Positions 14,404 to 23,878 of a DNA stretch of 64,000 nt are shown in pieces. The position numbers and the translations under genes are program-made. This DNA is from Gammaproteobacteria bacterium. Lineage in GTDB: Bacteria; Pseudomonadota; Gammaproteobacteria; Natronospirales; JAIVGZ01. How positions within the stretch are numbered: position 1 is the first letter of the stretch; each line of letters starts with the position of its first letter. The notes under the pieces are model-generated. The model saw nothing but the letters and a program-made list of their open reading frames with translations. It did not search any database and was not told the origin of the DNA. Location of the stretch: positions 47,564 to 111,563 of the forward strand of contig JBBEAN010000002.1 of NCBI GenBank assembly GCA_040882865.1. Direction: 5' to 3'.

Positions 14404-15399
14404 CTAGCGGACCTTGACAATTGTCCGGCCGACGACCCTGCCTGCCATAAAATCGTCGAATGCGGTGGGAAGTTCGTCGAACGGGATTGCTTTCGCTGCG
14501 ATTTGATTCAATCGCGCGGGTTTCAGGTCGGTGGCGATACGCTTCCAGACCGCGAGCCTGACCTTGCGCGGGGTCGCCATCGAGTTGATGCCGAGCAGGT
14601 TCACGCCACGCAGGATGAACGGCATCACCGTGGTGTGGAGCTCATGACTGCCGGCGAGGCCGATACTCGCGATGTTGCCCCACCAGCCGGTGGTGCGCGT
14701 GAGCCAGGTCAGCATTTCGCCACCCACGTTATCGACGGCGCCCGCCCACTGGATGCTCTCAAGCGGGCGGCGGCCGAAGTCAATCTCGCTTCGGAGCAGC
14801 ACCGACGCAGCCCCGAGCTTCTTGAGATAGGACGCTTGCTCGGCCTTGCCCGTGACGGCGACGACGTCGTAGCCGCGTCCGGCCAACATATTCACGGCGA
14901 GGCTCCCGACGCCGCCTGTCGCGCCCGTCACTACGATGGGTCCGCCGTCGGGTCGCTGGCCATTGTGCTCCATCCGGTGGATGGCGAGCGCCGCGGTGAA
15001 GCCCGCCGTACCGATCGCCATCGCGCGCTTGGGGTCCAAGCCCTCCGGGATCGGGATGACCCAGTCGCCGTCCACCCGAGCGAATTCCGCGTAGCCACCA
15101 TCGACTTCCTCACCGAGCCCGCAGCCCGTGACGAGCACCCGATCGCCTTTCTCATAACGCCGGTCGGCCGACGACTCAATCACGCCGGCGAGGTCGAGGC
15201 CGCCGACCAGCGGAAACCGGCGTAGGATCTTGCCTTTGCCGGTCGCGGCGAGCGCGTCTTTGTAATTGATGCTCGAATACTGGACCCGTACGACGACCTT
15301 TCCCGGCGACAGGTCCACGAGCCGCAACTGCTCGAACGCCGCGACAATCCGACCGTCGCGGCTGTCAATCCTGAACGCCTTGAACGGCTTATCCTTCAC
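14404..15399 (-). CDS. YhdH/AcuI-family MDR oxidoreductase (putative acryloyl-CoA reductase)
   Basis: YSSINYKDALA, GTAGFTAAL, TGATGGVGS, TVMPFILRGV. Confidence 0.88.
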   Translation of the reverse strand: MKDKPFKAFRIDSRDGRIVAAFEQLRLVDLSPGKVVVRVQYSSINYKDALAATGKGKILRRFPLVGGLDLAGVIESSADRRYEKGDRVLVTGCGLGEEVDGGYAEFARVDGDWVIPIPEGLDPKRAMAIGTAGFTAALAIHRMEHNGQRPDGGPIVVTGATGGVGSLAVNMLAGRGYDVVAVTGKAEQASYLKKLGAASVLLRSEIDFGRRPLESIQWAGAVDNVGGEMLTWLTRTTGWWGNIASIGLAGSHELHTTVMPFILRGVNLLGINSMATPRKVRLAVWKRIATDLKPARLNQIAAKAIPFDELPTAFDDFMAGRVVGRTIVKVR

Positions 15400-17188
15400 G
15401 GCTGATCGTCACCTTGTTCTTGCCCGCGCGCTTGCCGCGGTACATCGCATCGTCGGCCGCGCGCACGACTTCGTCAACCGATGAGCCCGGCCAATACTGC
15501 GCTACGCCCGCGGTCAGCGTCAGCCTATGGCTCACCCCGCCGACCGAGACGGGTTCGACGGGAAATCCCTCGACAATCTTGCGTGCGAGCACGCCTGCGC
15601 CCTGCTCGCTCGTCTCGGGTAGCAACAACAGAAGTTCGTCGCCGCCCCAACGCGCGAGCGTATCCTGACGTCGCAATGAGCGCTCGATGCGGCGAGCGAC
15701 CTCAATGAGCAACCGATCGCCGACCGCGTGGCCGTAGGCGTCGTTCACTGCCTTGAAGCCATCGACGTCAATCAATGCGAGCGAGAACGGGCGCCCGCTG
15801 CGTCGGGTGCGACGGATTTCGTACTCGACGCGCTCACGCGCTTCACGACGGTTCGCGAGGCCGGTGAGTTCATCCGTGCGCGCGGCGCGCTCCATTTCCT
15901 GGGCATGGCGACGCGCCATTCTTTGCGACTTGCCCATTGCCGCGAGCAACAGGAGCAAGAGCACGACGACGACCGTCCCGCCGATGAGCATCACTTGCTG
16001 TCGCTCGAGCCGCATGTCGGTCACGGTGCGCTCGAATTCGAGCTCGTCGATTTTCCGGCGCTGCTGCTCGGTGTCGTAGCGCGCCTGGATATCGGCGATC
16101 TGCGCCTGCAGGTCCGATGCGGCAATTCCTTCGCGAATCTCCGCTATCTGCCGGTGGCGAGCGAGCGCCGCTTCAAGGTCACCACGCGCCTCCTCGAGCT
16201 CAGCCCAGGGCTCGTAGACCGTCAGCGCGAGCCGCGGATTCTCGGGCGGCAAGAGCGACTCCGCCTCCGCGAGACGCGCGTCCGCCGCATCGTAACGGCC
16301 GAGTGCGGTCAACGACGCGGCCATGGAGGACAGCGAATTGATGGTGCCGTGCGCATCGCCAATTTCACGCCGCGCCGCGAGCGACTGCTCGTGGTACTCC
16401 AGCGCCGCTGCCGGCTCCCCGAGCCGGTCATGCGCGAGTCCGACATTGCTTGCCGCATACGCGACCCCGCGCGCATTGCCCAGCTCGGCGAAAAGGTCCA
16501 GCGCGCGCTCGTTATGCTGACGCAATTCTTGGTTGAATCCCTGCGCGGCGTCCGTGTCGCCATCCTCCGCGGCCCGCAGCGCGAACTTCGCGGCAAGTGC
16601 GCCAAGATTGATCAGGGTGCCGGCGATGCCCGGCTTGAATCCAGCTTCCTCGAAACCGTGCAGCGCCCGCTCGTGATATTCGCGTGCGGAGTCCAACGCG
16701 CCGAGCGTCACGTACAAGATGCCGATGTTCGCGGATGTCTTCGCGGCTTCCACCGCATCCCCGGCTTCCTCGCTCGCGCGGAGCGAGGCGAGGTAGTGGG
16801 GCAGCGTCGCGTCGAACGAACCGCTGTCATAGTGCGCGAGCCCCGCGCCTCGATGCAGCGACGCGCGCAGCGTCGCATCGGTTTGCTCGTCGACGAGTGC
16901 AAGCGCCGCATCGAATGCAGCGACCGCCTCGTCGTTGCGCCCGAGCATATTCAAGTTCGTGCCGACCGCCCCGCGCAGACGCGCCTCCTCAACGTCACAT
17001 CGATGTCCGGCGTCGCGGAGTGCGCTGATTGCGGCCTCGCCCTGCAAGACGCCGTCGGCAGGGTTCGAGTCCCGCATCGCCGCAATCTCGCCGGCAAGGG
17101 CCGCAACGTCCGGGCAGTGCTCCGCGTTCGCCGGCGGGGCGAGCACGAGCGCCGCCAGAACGGACAGGCAAGCGAGTCGGAGGGTCAT
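15389..17188 (-). CDS. TPR-containing membrane diguanylate cyclase
   Basis: Signal peptide, TPR-like helices, one TM, GGDEL with RxxD (RRQD) I-site. Confidence 0.88.
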   Translation of the reverse strand: MTLRLACLSVLAALVLAPPANAEHCPDVAALAGEIAAMRDSNPADGVLQGEAAISALRDAGHRCDVEEARLRGAVGTNLNMLGRNDEAVAAFDAALALVDEQTDATLRASLHRGAGLAHYDSGSFDATLPHYLASLRASEEAGDAVEAAKTSANIGILYVTLGALDSAREYHERALHGFEEAGFKPGIAGTLINLGALAAKFALRAAEDGDTDAAQGFNQELRQHNERALDLFAELGNARGVAYAASNVGLAHDRLGEPAAALEYHEQSLAARREIGDAHGTINSLSSMAASLTALGRYDAADARLAEAESLLPPENPRLALTVYEPWAELEEARGDLEAALARHRQIAEIREGIAASDLQAQIADIQARYDTEQQRRKIDELEFERTVTDMRLERQQVMLIGGTVVVVLLLLLLAAMGKSQRMARRHAQEMERAARTDELTGLANRREARERVEYEIRRTRRSGRPFSLALIDVDGFKAVNDAYGHAVGDRLLIEVARRIERSLRRQDTLARWGGDELLLLLPETSEQGAGVLARKIVEGFPVEPVSVGGVSHRLTLTAGVAQYWPGSSVDEVVRAADDAMYRGKRAGKNKVTISREG

Positions 17189-18102
17189 TGCGCGGTGCGC
17201 TCGCGCCAGGCGATCAGCCCCTGCGCGTTAAGCCGGACGTCGAGCTCGAGCAATTCATCGATCGCGGCGGCGGGCAGGGTGCACCCATGCGCAGCGAGGC
17301 GCGCGCGAAGATAGTCGCCGAGCGCGTCGCGCACGGCTTCAAGTTCGTCGCACCGCTCAGCAATGCGCACGAACTCGTCAAGGTCACGGTGCAGGTCGGC
17401 GGCGAGCCGCTCGATTTCCGTGACGCGGCTGTAGTGGGTCAGGTATATCTCGCGCGGCCGGAATGCGACCAGCCGGTCAATGGACGCGTGCGCCTGCTCC
17501 GGGTCGAAATGCGTCGGCGTCGTCGCAGGAAAAATGAATGCGCCCTCCGCCGTGTCGAAATCCCGATAGGAGATTCCAAAGGTGTCGCCGGCGAAGATCT
17601 GCGCATGACGCTCGTCGACGATGCAGTAGTGGTGCATCGCGTGGCCCGGCGTGTGGATGAATTCCAGCGTTCGCGCGCCGAGCGGCAACGTCTCGCCGTC
17701 GGCTACGGTGCGCACGCGGGCCGCATCCACCGGCGGTATCTCGCCGTACAATCGCCGGTATTCGGCCTCGCCATAGGTTGCGATTGTGCCCGCGACGAGT
17801 TTGCGCGGGTCGATCATGTGGGGCGCGCCTCGTGGGTGGACGACGAGTTCGGCGTCCGGGAGCTCGTGCATCAGTCGCCCGGCGCCGCCCGCGTGGTCGA
17901 GATGAACGTGGGTGATGAGCACCCAGCGAACGGCCGACCGCGGCAGGTCGGCCGCGTCGAGGGCCGCCAGGAAGCGGGGCACGGAATGGCTGACCGCCGT
18001 ATCCACGAACGCCGCCTCGCCCCGGTCCACGACCAGATGGACGGCCGCCAACCCATCCCTGAAGTAACCGGCGTCGATAACGCGGATTCCATCGCTTACC
18101 AT
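17185..18102 (-). CDS. MBL-fold metallo-hydrolase
   Basis: THVHLDHAGG, HTPGHA; likely start ATG 18102. Confidence 0.9.
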   Translation of the reverse strand: MVSDGIRVIDAGYFRDGLAAVHLVVDRGEAAFVDTAVSHSVPRFLAALDAADLPRSAVRWVLITHVHLDHAGGAGRLMHELPDAELVVHPRGAPHMIDPRKLVAGTIATYGEAEYRRLYGEIPPVDAARVRTVADGETLPLGARTLEFIHTPGHAMHHYCIVDERHAQIFAGDTFGISYRDFDTAEGAFIFPATTPTHFDPEQAHASIDRLVAFRPREIYLTHYSRVTEIERLAADLHRDLDEFVRIAERCDELEAVRDALGDYLRARLAAHGCTLPAAAIDELLELDVRLNAQGLIAWRERTAQ

Positions 18103-18129
18103 TACGTCATCATCCTGTTGGAGAAGAAC

Positions 18130-20070
18130 ATGTTCAAGCTCTTGATCATCGCAATGATGGCCACGGCCCTTTTGCCCAACGCCGCAGGTGCGGAAGAAGT
18201 CGTTCGCGTCGAGCGCGGCAACCTCGTTCTCGAAAACATGCCGGAGATTCCGCCGGAAATCACGCTGCGACTTGAACAGTACCAGAACACCCGAAGCGCG
18301 GGGCTCATCGACTGGCTCGGCGACGGAAGTGTATTGATCTCCACGCGTTTCGGTGACACGAACCAGATTCATCGAGTCCGCGCGCCGATGGGCGCGCGCA
18401 CCCAAATCACGTTTTTCGGCGAGCCGGTGCGCGGCGCATCGGTGTCCACGAATGCCGAGCTCGACGGATTCCTCTACCTCTACGACGTCGGCGGCAGCGA
18501 ATTTTCACAAATTTTCTGGTTCGATCTGGCGACCGGCGATAGCACGCGGCTGACCGATGGTGAGTCGCGCAACGGGAGCATCTCATGGTCGAATACCGGC
18601 GACCGCTTTGCCTATACGAGTACACGGCGTGACGGTCGGAATTTCGATGTCTGGGTCGGTACACCGGGCGCCGGCCACGAGCAGCACACACTCGTGCACG
18701 AATCGGACGGATTGTGGATCCCGATGGACTGGTCGCCGGACGACTCGCGCCTGCTGCTGCTCGAGTACCTGTCGATCAACCACTCGCGCATCCATGTGCT
18801 CGACCTGTCGTCGAGCACCCTGACCGAAGTCAATCGGTCGGAAGCGCCGGTCGGTTACAACGGTGGCGCGTTCGACAGCACCGGCAATGGCGTCTACCTG
18901 GTTCATGACCAGGGGTCCGAGTTCAAACAGCTGCACCACGTCGACCTCGGGACCGGACGTTCCCGCGCGCTGTCCGCGAACATCCCATGGGATGTCATCA
19001 ACTTCGCCCTCACGCGTGACCGAAACCGCATGGCGTTCGTCGTGAACGATGGCGGTCGCAGCCAGTTGCATCTGCGCGACCTCCGCCGAAACCGTGCATT
19101 GCCGGCCCCCAACCTGCCCGTCGGGCTGATCAGTGGCCTCAATTTCAACCGCGACGGCAACCGCCTTGCAATGACCGTCTCCACGTCGCGCTCGCCGAGC
19201 GACGTGTTCGTCTATGACGTCGGTCGGCGGACGCTGACACGGTGGACCGAGAGCGAAGTCGGCGGTCTCGATACCGCGAAGTTCCCTGAGCCGGCGCTCG
19301 TGCGCTTCAACAGTTTCGACGGGCGAGAGATTCCGGCGTGGGTGTACAAGCCGGCGGGCGAGGGCCCGCATCCGGTCGTGATCCAAATCCACGGCGGGCC
19401 GGAGAGCCAGTCGCGGCCCGGTTTCTCGTCCACGTACGCATATTGGGTCAATGAATTGGGCGCCGCGGTCATCAGCCCCAACGTGCGCGGCTCGAGCGGC
19501 TACGGCAAGACCTACTTGCAGCTCGACAACGGCATGAAGCGCGAAGACTCCGTCAAGGACATCGGCGCGCTGCTGGACTGGATTGCGACCCAGCCAGAAC
19601 TCGACGCGAATCGCGTGATTGTCTATGGCGGCTCGTACGGCGGGTACATGGTGCTCGCGTCGCTGGTGCACTACAACGACCGCTTGCTCGGCGGTATCGA
19701 CATCGTCGGCATCAGCAACTTCGTGAGCTTTCTCGAAAACACCGAGTCGTACCGGCGTGACTTGCGCCGCGCGGAGTACGGCGACGAGCGCAACCCCGAG
19801 ATGCGTGCGCACCTTGAGGCCATCTCGCCGCTGACCCGAATGGCCGATGTGTCGCGCCCGCTCTTCGTCGCGCAGGGCCTCAACGATCCGCGCGTGCCCG
19901 CGAGCGAAGCGGAGCAGGTCGTTGAGGCCGTGCGTGGAAACGGGGGCGATGTGTGGTACCTGCTCGCCAAAGACGAAGGTCACGGCTTTGCGAAGAAGGT
20001 GAACCGCGACTACTTCCAGGCGGCATCGGCGTTATTCATGCAGCGGCTGTTCGAACGCGACGCGCCATGA
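18130..20070 (+). CDS. Secreted S9-family (prolyl oligopeptidase-like) peptidase
   Basis: Signal peptide MFKLLIIA, propeller region, HGGP, GGSYGG, DPRV, EGHGF; GGAG before ATG 18130. Confidence 0.92.
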   Translation: MFKLLIIAMMATALLPNAAGAEEVVRVERGNLVLENMPEIPPEITLRLEQYQNTRSAGLIDWLGDGSVLISTRFGDTNQIHRVRAPMGARTQITFFGEPVRGASVSTNAELDGFLYLYDVGGSEFSQIFWFDLATGDSTRLTDGESRNGSISWSNTGDRFAYTSTRRDGRNFDVWVGTPGAGHEQHTLVHESDGLWIPMDWSPDDSRLLLLEYLSINHSRIHVLDLSSSTLTEVNRSEAPVGYNGGAFDSTGNGVYLVHDQGSEFKQLHHVDLGTGRSRALSANIPWDVINFALTRDRNRMAFVVNDGGRSQLHLRDLRRNRALPAPNLPVGLISGLNFNRDGNRLAMTVSTSRSPSDVFVYDVGRRTLTRWTESEVGGLDTAKFPEPALVRFNSFDGREIPAWVYKPAGEGPHPVVIQIHGGPESQSRPGFSSTYAYWVNELGAAVISPNVRGSSGYGKTYLQLDNGMKREDSVKDIGALLDWIATQPELDANRVIVYGGSYGGYMVLASLVHYNDRLLGGIDIVGISNFVSFLENTESYRRDLRRAEYGDERNPEMRAHLEAISPLTRMADVSRPLFVAQGLNDPRVPASEAEQVVEAVRGNGGDVWYLLAKDEGHGFAKKVNRDYFQAASALFMQRLFERDAP

Positions 20071-20534
20071 GCGCTCCGCAGAGCCTGCAGGAGCGGTATG
20101 CGCCGACCAGCATCTGTTATGGGTGTGGTCCCGCGAACGAACACGGATTGCGGATTCGATCCATCGTCGAGGGCGATACGGTCGTCGCAGACTGGACGCC
20201 GGAGAAGTTCCACGAAGCGTTTCCCGGCGTCCTGAACGGTGGCATCATCGGCTCGTTGCTCGATTGCCATTCAAACTGGACCGCCGCGTGGCACTTGATG
20301 AACCGCGCTGACGCCGACCACACGCCGTGTACGGTCACCGCCGATTACCATGTGAAGCTCACGCGGCCGACACCGACTGACGGTTCGGTCCACCTCGTGG
20401 CGCGTGTCGTCGACTCGACCGATGATCGCGCGACGATCGAAGCAGAGCTGCACGCCGGTGGCAAGGTCTGCGCGACGTGCCGCGGCACGTTCGTGGCGGT
20501 GAAGCCGGGGCACCCCGCGTACTACCGCTGGTAG
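20067..20534 (+). CDS. PaaI-family (hotdog-fold) thioesterase
   Basis: CYGCG, LNGGIIGSLLDCH; ATGA-coupled to the S9 gene. Confidence 0.85.
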   Translation: MSAPQSLQERYAPTSICYGCGPANEHGLRIRSIVEGDTVVADWTPEKFHEAFPGVLNGGIIGSLLDCHSNWTAAWHLMNRADADHTPCTVTADYHVKLTRPTPTDGSVHLVARVVDSTDDRATIEAELHAGGKVCATCRGTFVAVKPGHPAYYRW

Positions 20535-20542
20535 CCTCAAAG

Positions 20543-20971
20543 TCGCGGCGCAAAGGCGCCGCTCCTACAGGGGCCGGCCGGCGGAGCAGGCGTCACCGCA
20601 GCGATCGCGACGCCAAGAGCGTCGCTCCCACCTGTCGTACCCAGCGCTGATGCGAAAAGAACGGCCAAGAGCGTCGCTCCCACCTGAAACAGCGAACCCC
20701 GGCAACCCGACCCTCGCGGCGCGAAGGCGCCGCTCCTACAGTGACCGGCCAGCGGAGCAGACGGACAACGCGCCGGGAGCGACCGAGACGGGAGTGGGTA
20801 TGCCGTTAAGTCGAAGGCGCCGGACAAAGTTTGATTCGCGACGCCGAGAGCGTCGCTCCCACCTGTCGTACCCAGCGCTGGTGCGAAAAGAACGGCCAAG
20901 AGCATCGCTCCCACCGGAAACAGCAACCCCCGGCAACCCGACCCTCGCGGCGCGAAGGCGCCGCTCCTACA
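20543..20971 (-). repeat. Head-to-tail REP array (7 units) containing a 136-bp duplicated block
   Basis: Units start at 20543, 20605, 20664 (partial), 20714, 20836, 20895 (partial), 20945; 20605-20740 closely matches 20836-20971. Confidence 0.92.
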
Positions 20972-20978
20972 TCAATCG

Positions 20979-23024
20979 CTAGAGGCCGAGCTCCTCGAGC
21001 AGGCGGTCGGCGTGGTACACGTTCCGCAGGGCTTCGGCGATGAACCCCGCGTGGACCGACACTGCACGATTCAGCCGCGCGTCATACCAGTACGCGCCGC
21101 CGAGCGAGTGGATGTTGCCGTCGAACACGAGCCCCACGACTTCCGCGTCCCGGTTGATCATCGGGCTTCCTGAATTGCCACCGATGATGTCGTGCGTGGT
21201 CGCGAGGTTCATGCGCTGCTCGAGGTTCACCGCGTCTTTCGCGGCGAGCCACCGCGGCGCGAGGGCGTACGGCGCCTCGCCCGTGTGACGCGCGTAGGCG
21301 CCTGCGATGACGGTGAACGGTGGTACGGTACGTTCGCCCTCCGTCCAGCCCCTGACCTCGCCGTGCGAAAGGCGCAGCGTAAACGTCGCATCCGGGTAGG
21401 TGTCGGTGCCCTTCAGCGAGAACAGTACGGCCGCGATGCGCTGCTGGTTCGCGGTCTCGACCGATTCGACTTCATCCTCGTAGCGTTCATGCAGCGCGCG
21501 TGCCTCGTCGTCGATGCGGCGCGCGAGCACGATCATCGGATCCGTCGACGCTGCGATCGCCGCCTCGCCGCCTTCCCAGAGTGCGCGCCGGAATTCCACG
21601 TCGAACAACTGCGTGCTCCCGACGAGTTCCGCTGAGAGTTCCGCGGGGCCATCGTCGCCGAGCACCGACTGCACAAACGGGTCGTCGGTGCCGAGTGCCT
21701 CGCGTAGCTTGGTGAGCGACCAGCCGAGCTTCAGCGTCTCGTAATCGGCATGAATCGGCGCTGGCGAGAGCACTCTCCGCGAAAGCGACTGGAGCGCAGT
21801 CTCCCGGTACGGGCGCAAGCGCTCGTCGTTCGGTTTCTCGCGTTCTGCGCCTGCGCGGACGAGCGAGCGGGCAATTGAGAACAGGCGGCTCTGGAATCCG
21901 CGCCCGACCTCAATCATCACGTAGCGTTGGTGCATGTCGCGATACGCGGCCTGCGCGGCCTCGATGCGGTCCCACGCATCGCCGTATTCTGCGCGGCGCG
22001 CACGGCGGGCCTGCACCCAGTCGCGCAGCGCCTTCTCCTCTCGCGTCTTGAACGCGAACACTGCGGGGTCCTGCAAGGCCTGCAAGCGACCGCGCAGGAC
22101 CTTGTACACGTTCTCGAGACCGAGAATTTCGGACTGCGCGTACCGCGCCTGCTCGTCGCCCTGCGACGCATACTGATTCAGCATGCCGCGCATCTCCGCG
22201 ATGTAAAGCAGCCTGTCCAGCAACGTCACGTCGCGCAACAACTGGAGTTGCGACACCATCAACAGGCGTTGCGTCGAGCCTGGGTGGCCGGTCACGAACA
22301 CGGCCTCGCCTTCCTCGGCGCCAGCCGCGTTCCACGCAAAAAAGTCCGGCGTGGCCGCGGGCTCACCGTCTTCATACGCGCGGAGCAGCGAAGCGTCGAG
22401 CGCGTACCGCGGGAAGTTGAAGTTGTCCGGGTCGCCGCCGAAGAACGATGCGGTGAGCTCGGGCGACCAGGCCAGGCGTACGTCGTCGTAGCGCTTATAG
22501 CGGTATAGGCGATAACGGCCACCGTGATACAGCGTCACGACATCGCACCGAACGCGCCTGTCGCCGGCGACGCATTCCTGTTCCAAGCGGCTCATGACCG
22601 CGCTGCGCGCGTCGCCGACCGGCGCGGCCGCGACGACGTCGGTGACGTCGCGGGTTTCGACGAGCTGGTTCAACTCGACATTCGGGCACTGGCGTTCTTC
22701 AGCGCGTTCACGCGCGAGAAAGCCGTCCTGTAGCAGATTTTCGTCGGCGCTCGACAACTGTTCGACGCACGACCAGACACAGTGATGGTTCGTCAGAACC
22801 AGGCCCTCCGGCGAGACGAATGAGCCGGAGCACCCGCCTGCGAGTCTGACCGACGAGCGCTGCACCCGCGCGATCCATTCGTCACTCGGCGAGAAATCGT
22901 ACGCCGATTCCAGCGCAGCGCGCGGCAAGTTATCGAGTGTCCACATGCCTTCGGCGGCGGACAGCGTGATAGGGGAGAGAAGCAGGGCAACCGCAAACGA
23001 GTGCGTTTTCATAGCGAGTCTCAC
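20979..23024 (-). CDS. S46-family dipeptidyl peptidase (DPP7/DAP BII-like)
   Basis: EGMW, TNHHC, DIIGGNSGSP, FDGN; signal peptide. Confidence 0.93.
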   Translation of the reverse strand: MRLAMKTHSFAVALLLSPITLSAAEGMWTLDNLPRAALESAYDFSPSDEWIARVQRSSVRLAGGCSGSFVSPEGLVLTNHHCVWSCVEQLSSADENLLQDGFLARERAEERQCPNVELNQLVETRDVTDVVAAAPVGDARSAVMSRLEQECVAGDRRVRCDVVTLYHGGRYRLYRYKRYDDVRLAWSPELTASFFGGDPDNFNFPRYALDASLLRAYEDGEPAATPDFFAWNAAGAEEGEAVFVTGHPGSTQRLLMVSQLQLLRDVTLLDRLLYIAEMRGMLNQYASQGDEQARYAQSEILGLENVYKVLRGRLQALQDPAVFAFKTREEKALRDWVQARRARRAEYGDAWDRIEAAQAAYRDMHQRYVMIEVGRGFQSRLFSIARSLVRAGAEREKPNDERLRPYRETALQSLSRRVLSPAPIHADYETLKLGWSLTKLREALGTDDPFVQSVLGDDGPAELSAELVGSTQLFDVEFRRALWEGGEAAIAASTDPMIVLARRIDDEARALHERYEDEVESVETANQQRIAAVLFSLKGTDTYPDATFTLRLSHGEVRGWTEGERTVPPFTVIAGAYARHTGEAPYALAPRWLAAKDAVNLEQRMNLATTHDIIGGNSGSPMINRDAEVVGLVFDGNIHSLGGAYWYDARLNRAVSVHAGFIAEALRNVYHADRLLEELGL

Positions 23025-23878
23025 TGATCAGGAGCAACGATGGTAGCCGAGCACCGTGCACGTTGCACGGCGGGGTCGGGAATCGGGACGGCATCGAGTA
23101 GCGCGCGCGTGTACGGGTGCTGAGGCGCCGCGTACAGCGTCTCGCGATCGGCAAGCTCGACCACTCGGCCGCGGTGCATGACCATCACACGGTGGCTGAT
23201 GTGGCGGACCACCGCGAGGTCGTGTGCGATGAAAAGCAGCGTGAGGCCGAGGTCACGCTGCAGGTCCATCAACAGATTCACGATCTGCGCACGTATCGAC
23301 ACGTCGAGCGCTGACACCGGTTCGTCGCAAACAAGTAGCTTCGGCTCGAGAATCAGCGCGCGCGCGATGCCGATGCGCTGGCATTGGCCGCCTGAGAACT
23401 CGTGCGGGTAGCGATTCGCCTGCCGTCCGAGCAGGCCGACGCGCTCCAGCGACGCGGCGACGCGCGCCGCAAGCTCGTTCGCCGATAGCTCCGGCGTGTG
23501 TGTGCGCAGCGGCTCGGCGATGATTTCGTGCGCCGTCATGCGCGGGTTCAGGCTGCCGAGCGGGTCCTGTAGCACAATCTGCATATCGCGCCGGCGGGCG
23601 CGCAAGCTGCGCCGGTCGAGGGTCGTGAGTTCCTCACCAAGCAAGCGCACACTGCCCGCGGTCGGCCTGATGAGTTGCAACACTGCGCGCGCCAATGTGG
23701 ACTTGCCGCTGCCCGACTCGCCGACAATCCCGAGCGTCTCGCCGGCGAACGCGTCGAAACTCACACCGTCCACGGCGCGCAAGCGCCCAAACCGGACCTC
23801 GAGGTCTTTAACTGCCAACAAGGGGCGATTGGGGTCAGGCACCTTCTGTCCCCTTGGTGCCTGACCCCAATGGGACAT
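23021..23878 (-). CDS. oppF: Oligopeptide ABC transporter ATPase, OppF-like
   Basis: GESGSGKST, FSGGQCQR, HPYTRAL; probable ATG at 23878. Confidence 0.88.
   Translation of the reverse strand: MSHWGQAPRGQKVPDPNRPLLAVKDLEVRFGRLRAVDGVSFDAFAGETLGIVGESGSGKSTLARAVLQLIRPTAGSVRLLGEELTTLDRRSLRARRRDMQIVLQDPLGSLNPRMTAHEIIAEPLRTHTPELSANELAARVAASLERVGLLGRQANRYPHEFSGGQCQRIGIARALILEPKLLVCDEPVSALDVSIRAQIVNLLMDLQRDLGLTLLFIAHDLAVVRHISHRVMVMHRGRVVELADRETLYAAPQHPYTRALLDAVPIPDPAVQRARCSATIVAPDQ
23828..23871. repeat. Perfect 16-bp inverted repeat with 12-nt loop in the oppD/oppF overlap
   Basis: ATTGGGGTCAGGCACC-TTCTGTCCCCTT-GGTGCCTGACCCCAAT. Confidence 0.9.

Noticed and set aside
17029-18129. N-terminal ~367 aa of the 1013-aa ORF, read as a giant S9 fusion
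   Set aside because: It is antisense to the MBL hydrolase; the SD and signal peptide place the real start at 18130.
20543-20971. CRISPR array
   Set aside because: Repeats alternate between two types, spacers are duplicated and uneven, the same units are scattered across the window, and there are no cas genes or leader. A REP array fits better.
20537-20982. Small ORFs across the REP array (129, 110 and 66 aa)
   Set aside because: They are translations of repeat units with no SD or domain evidence.
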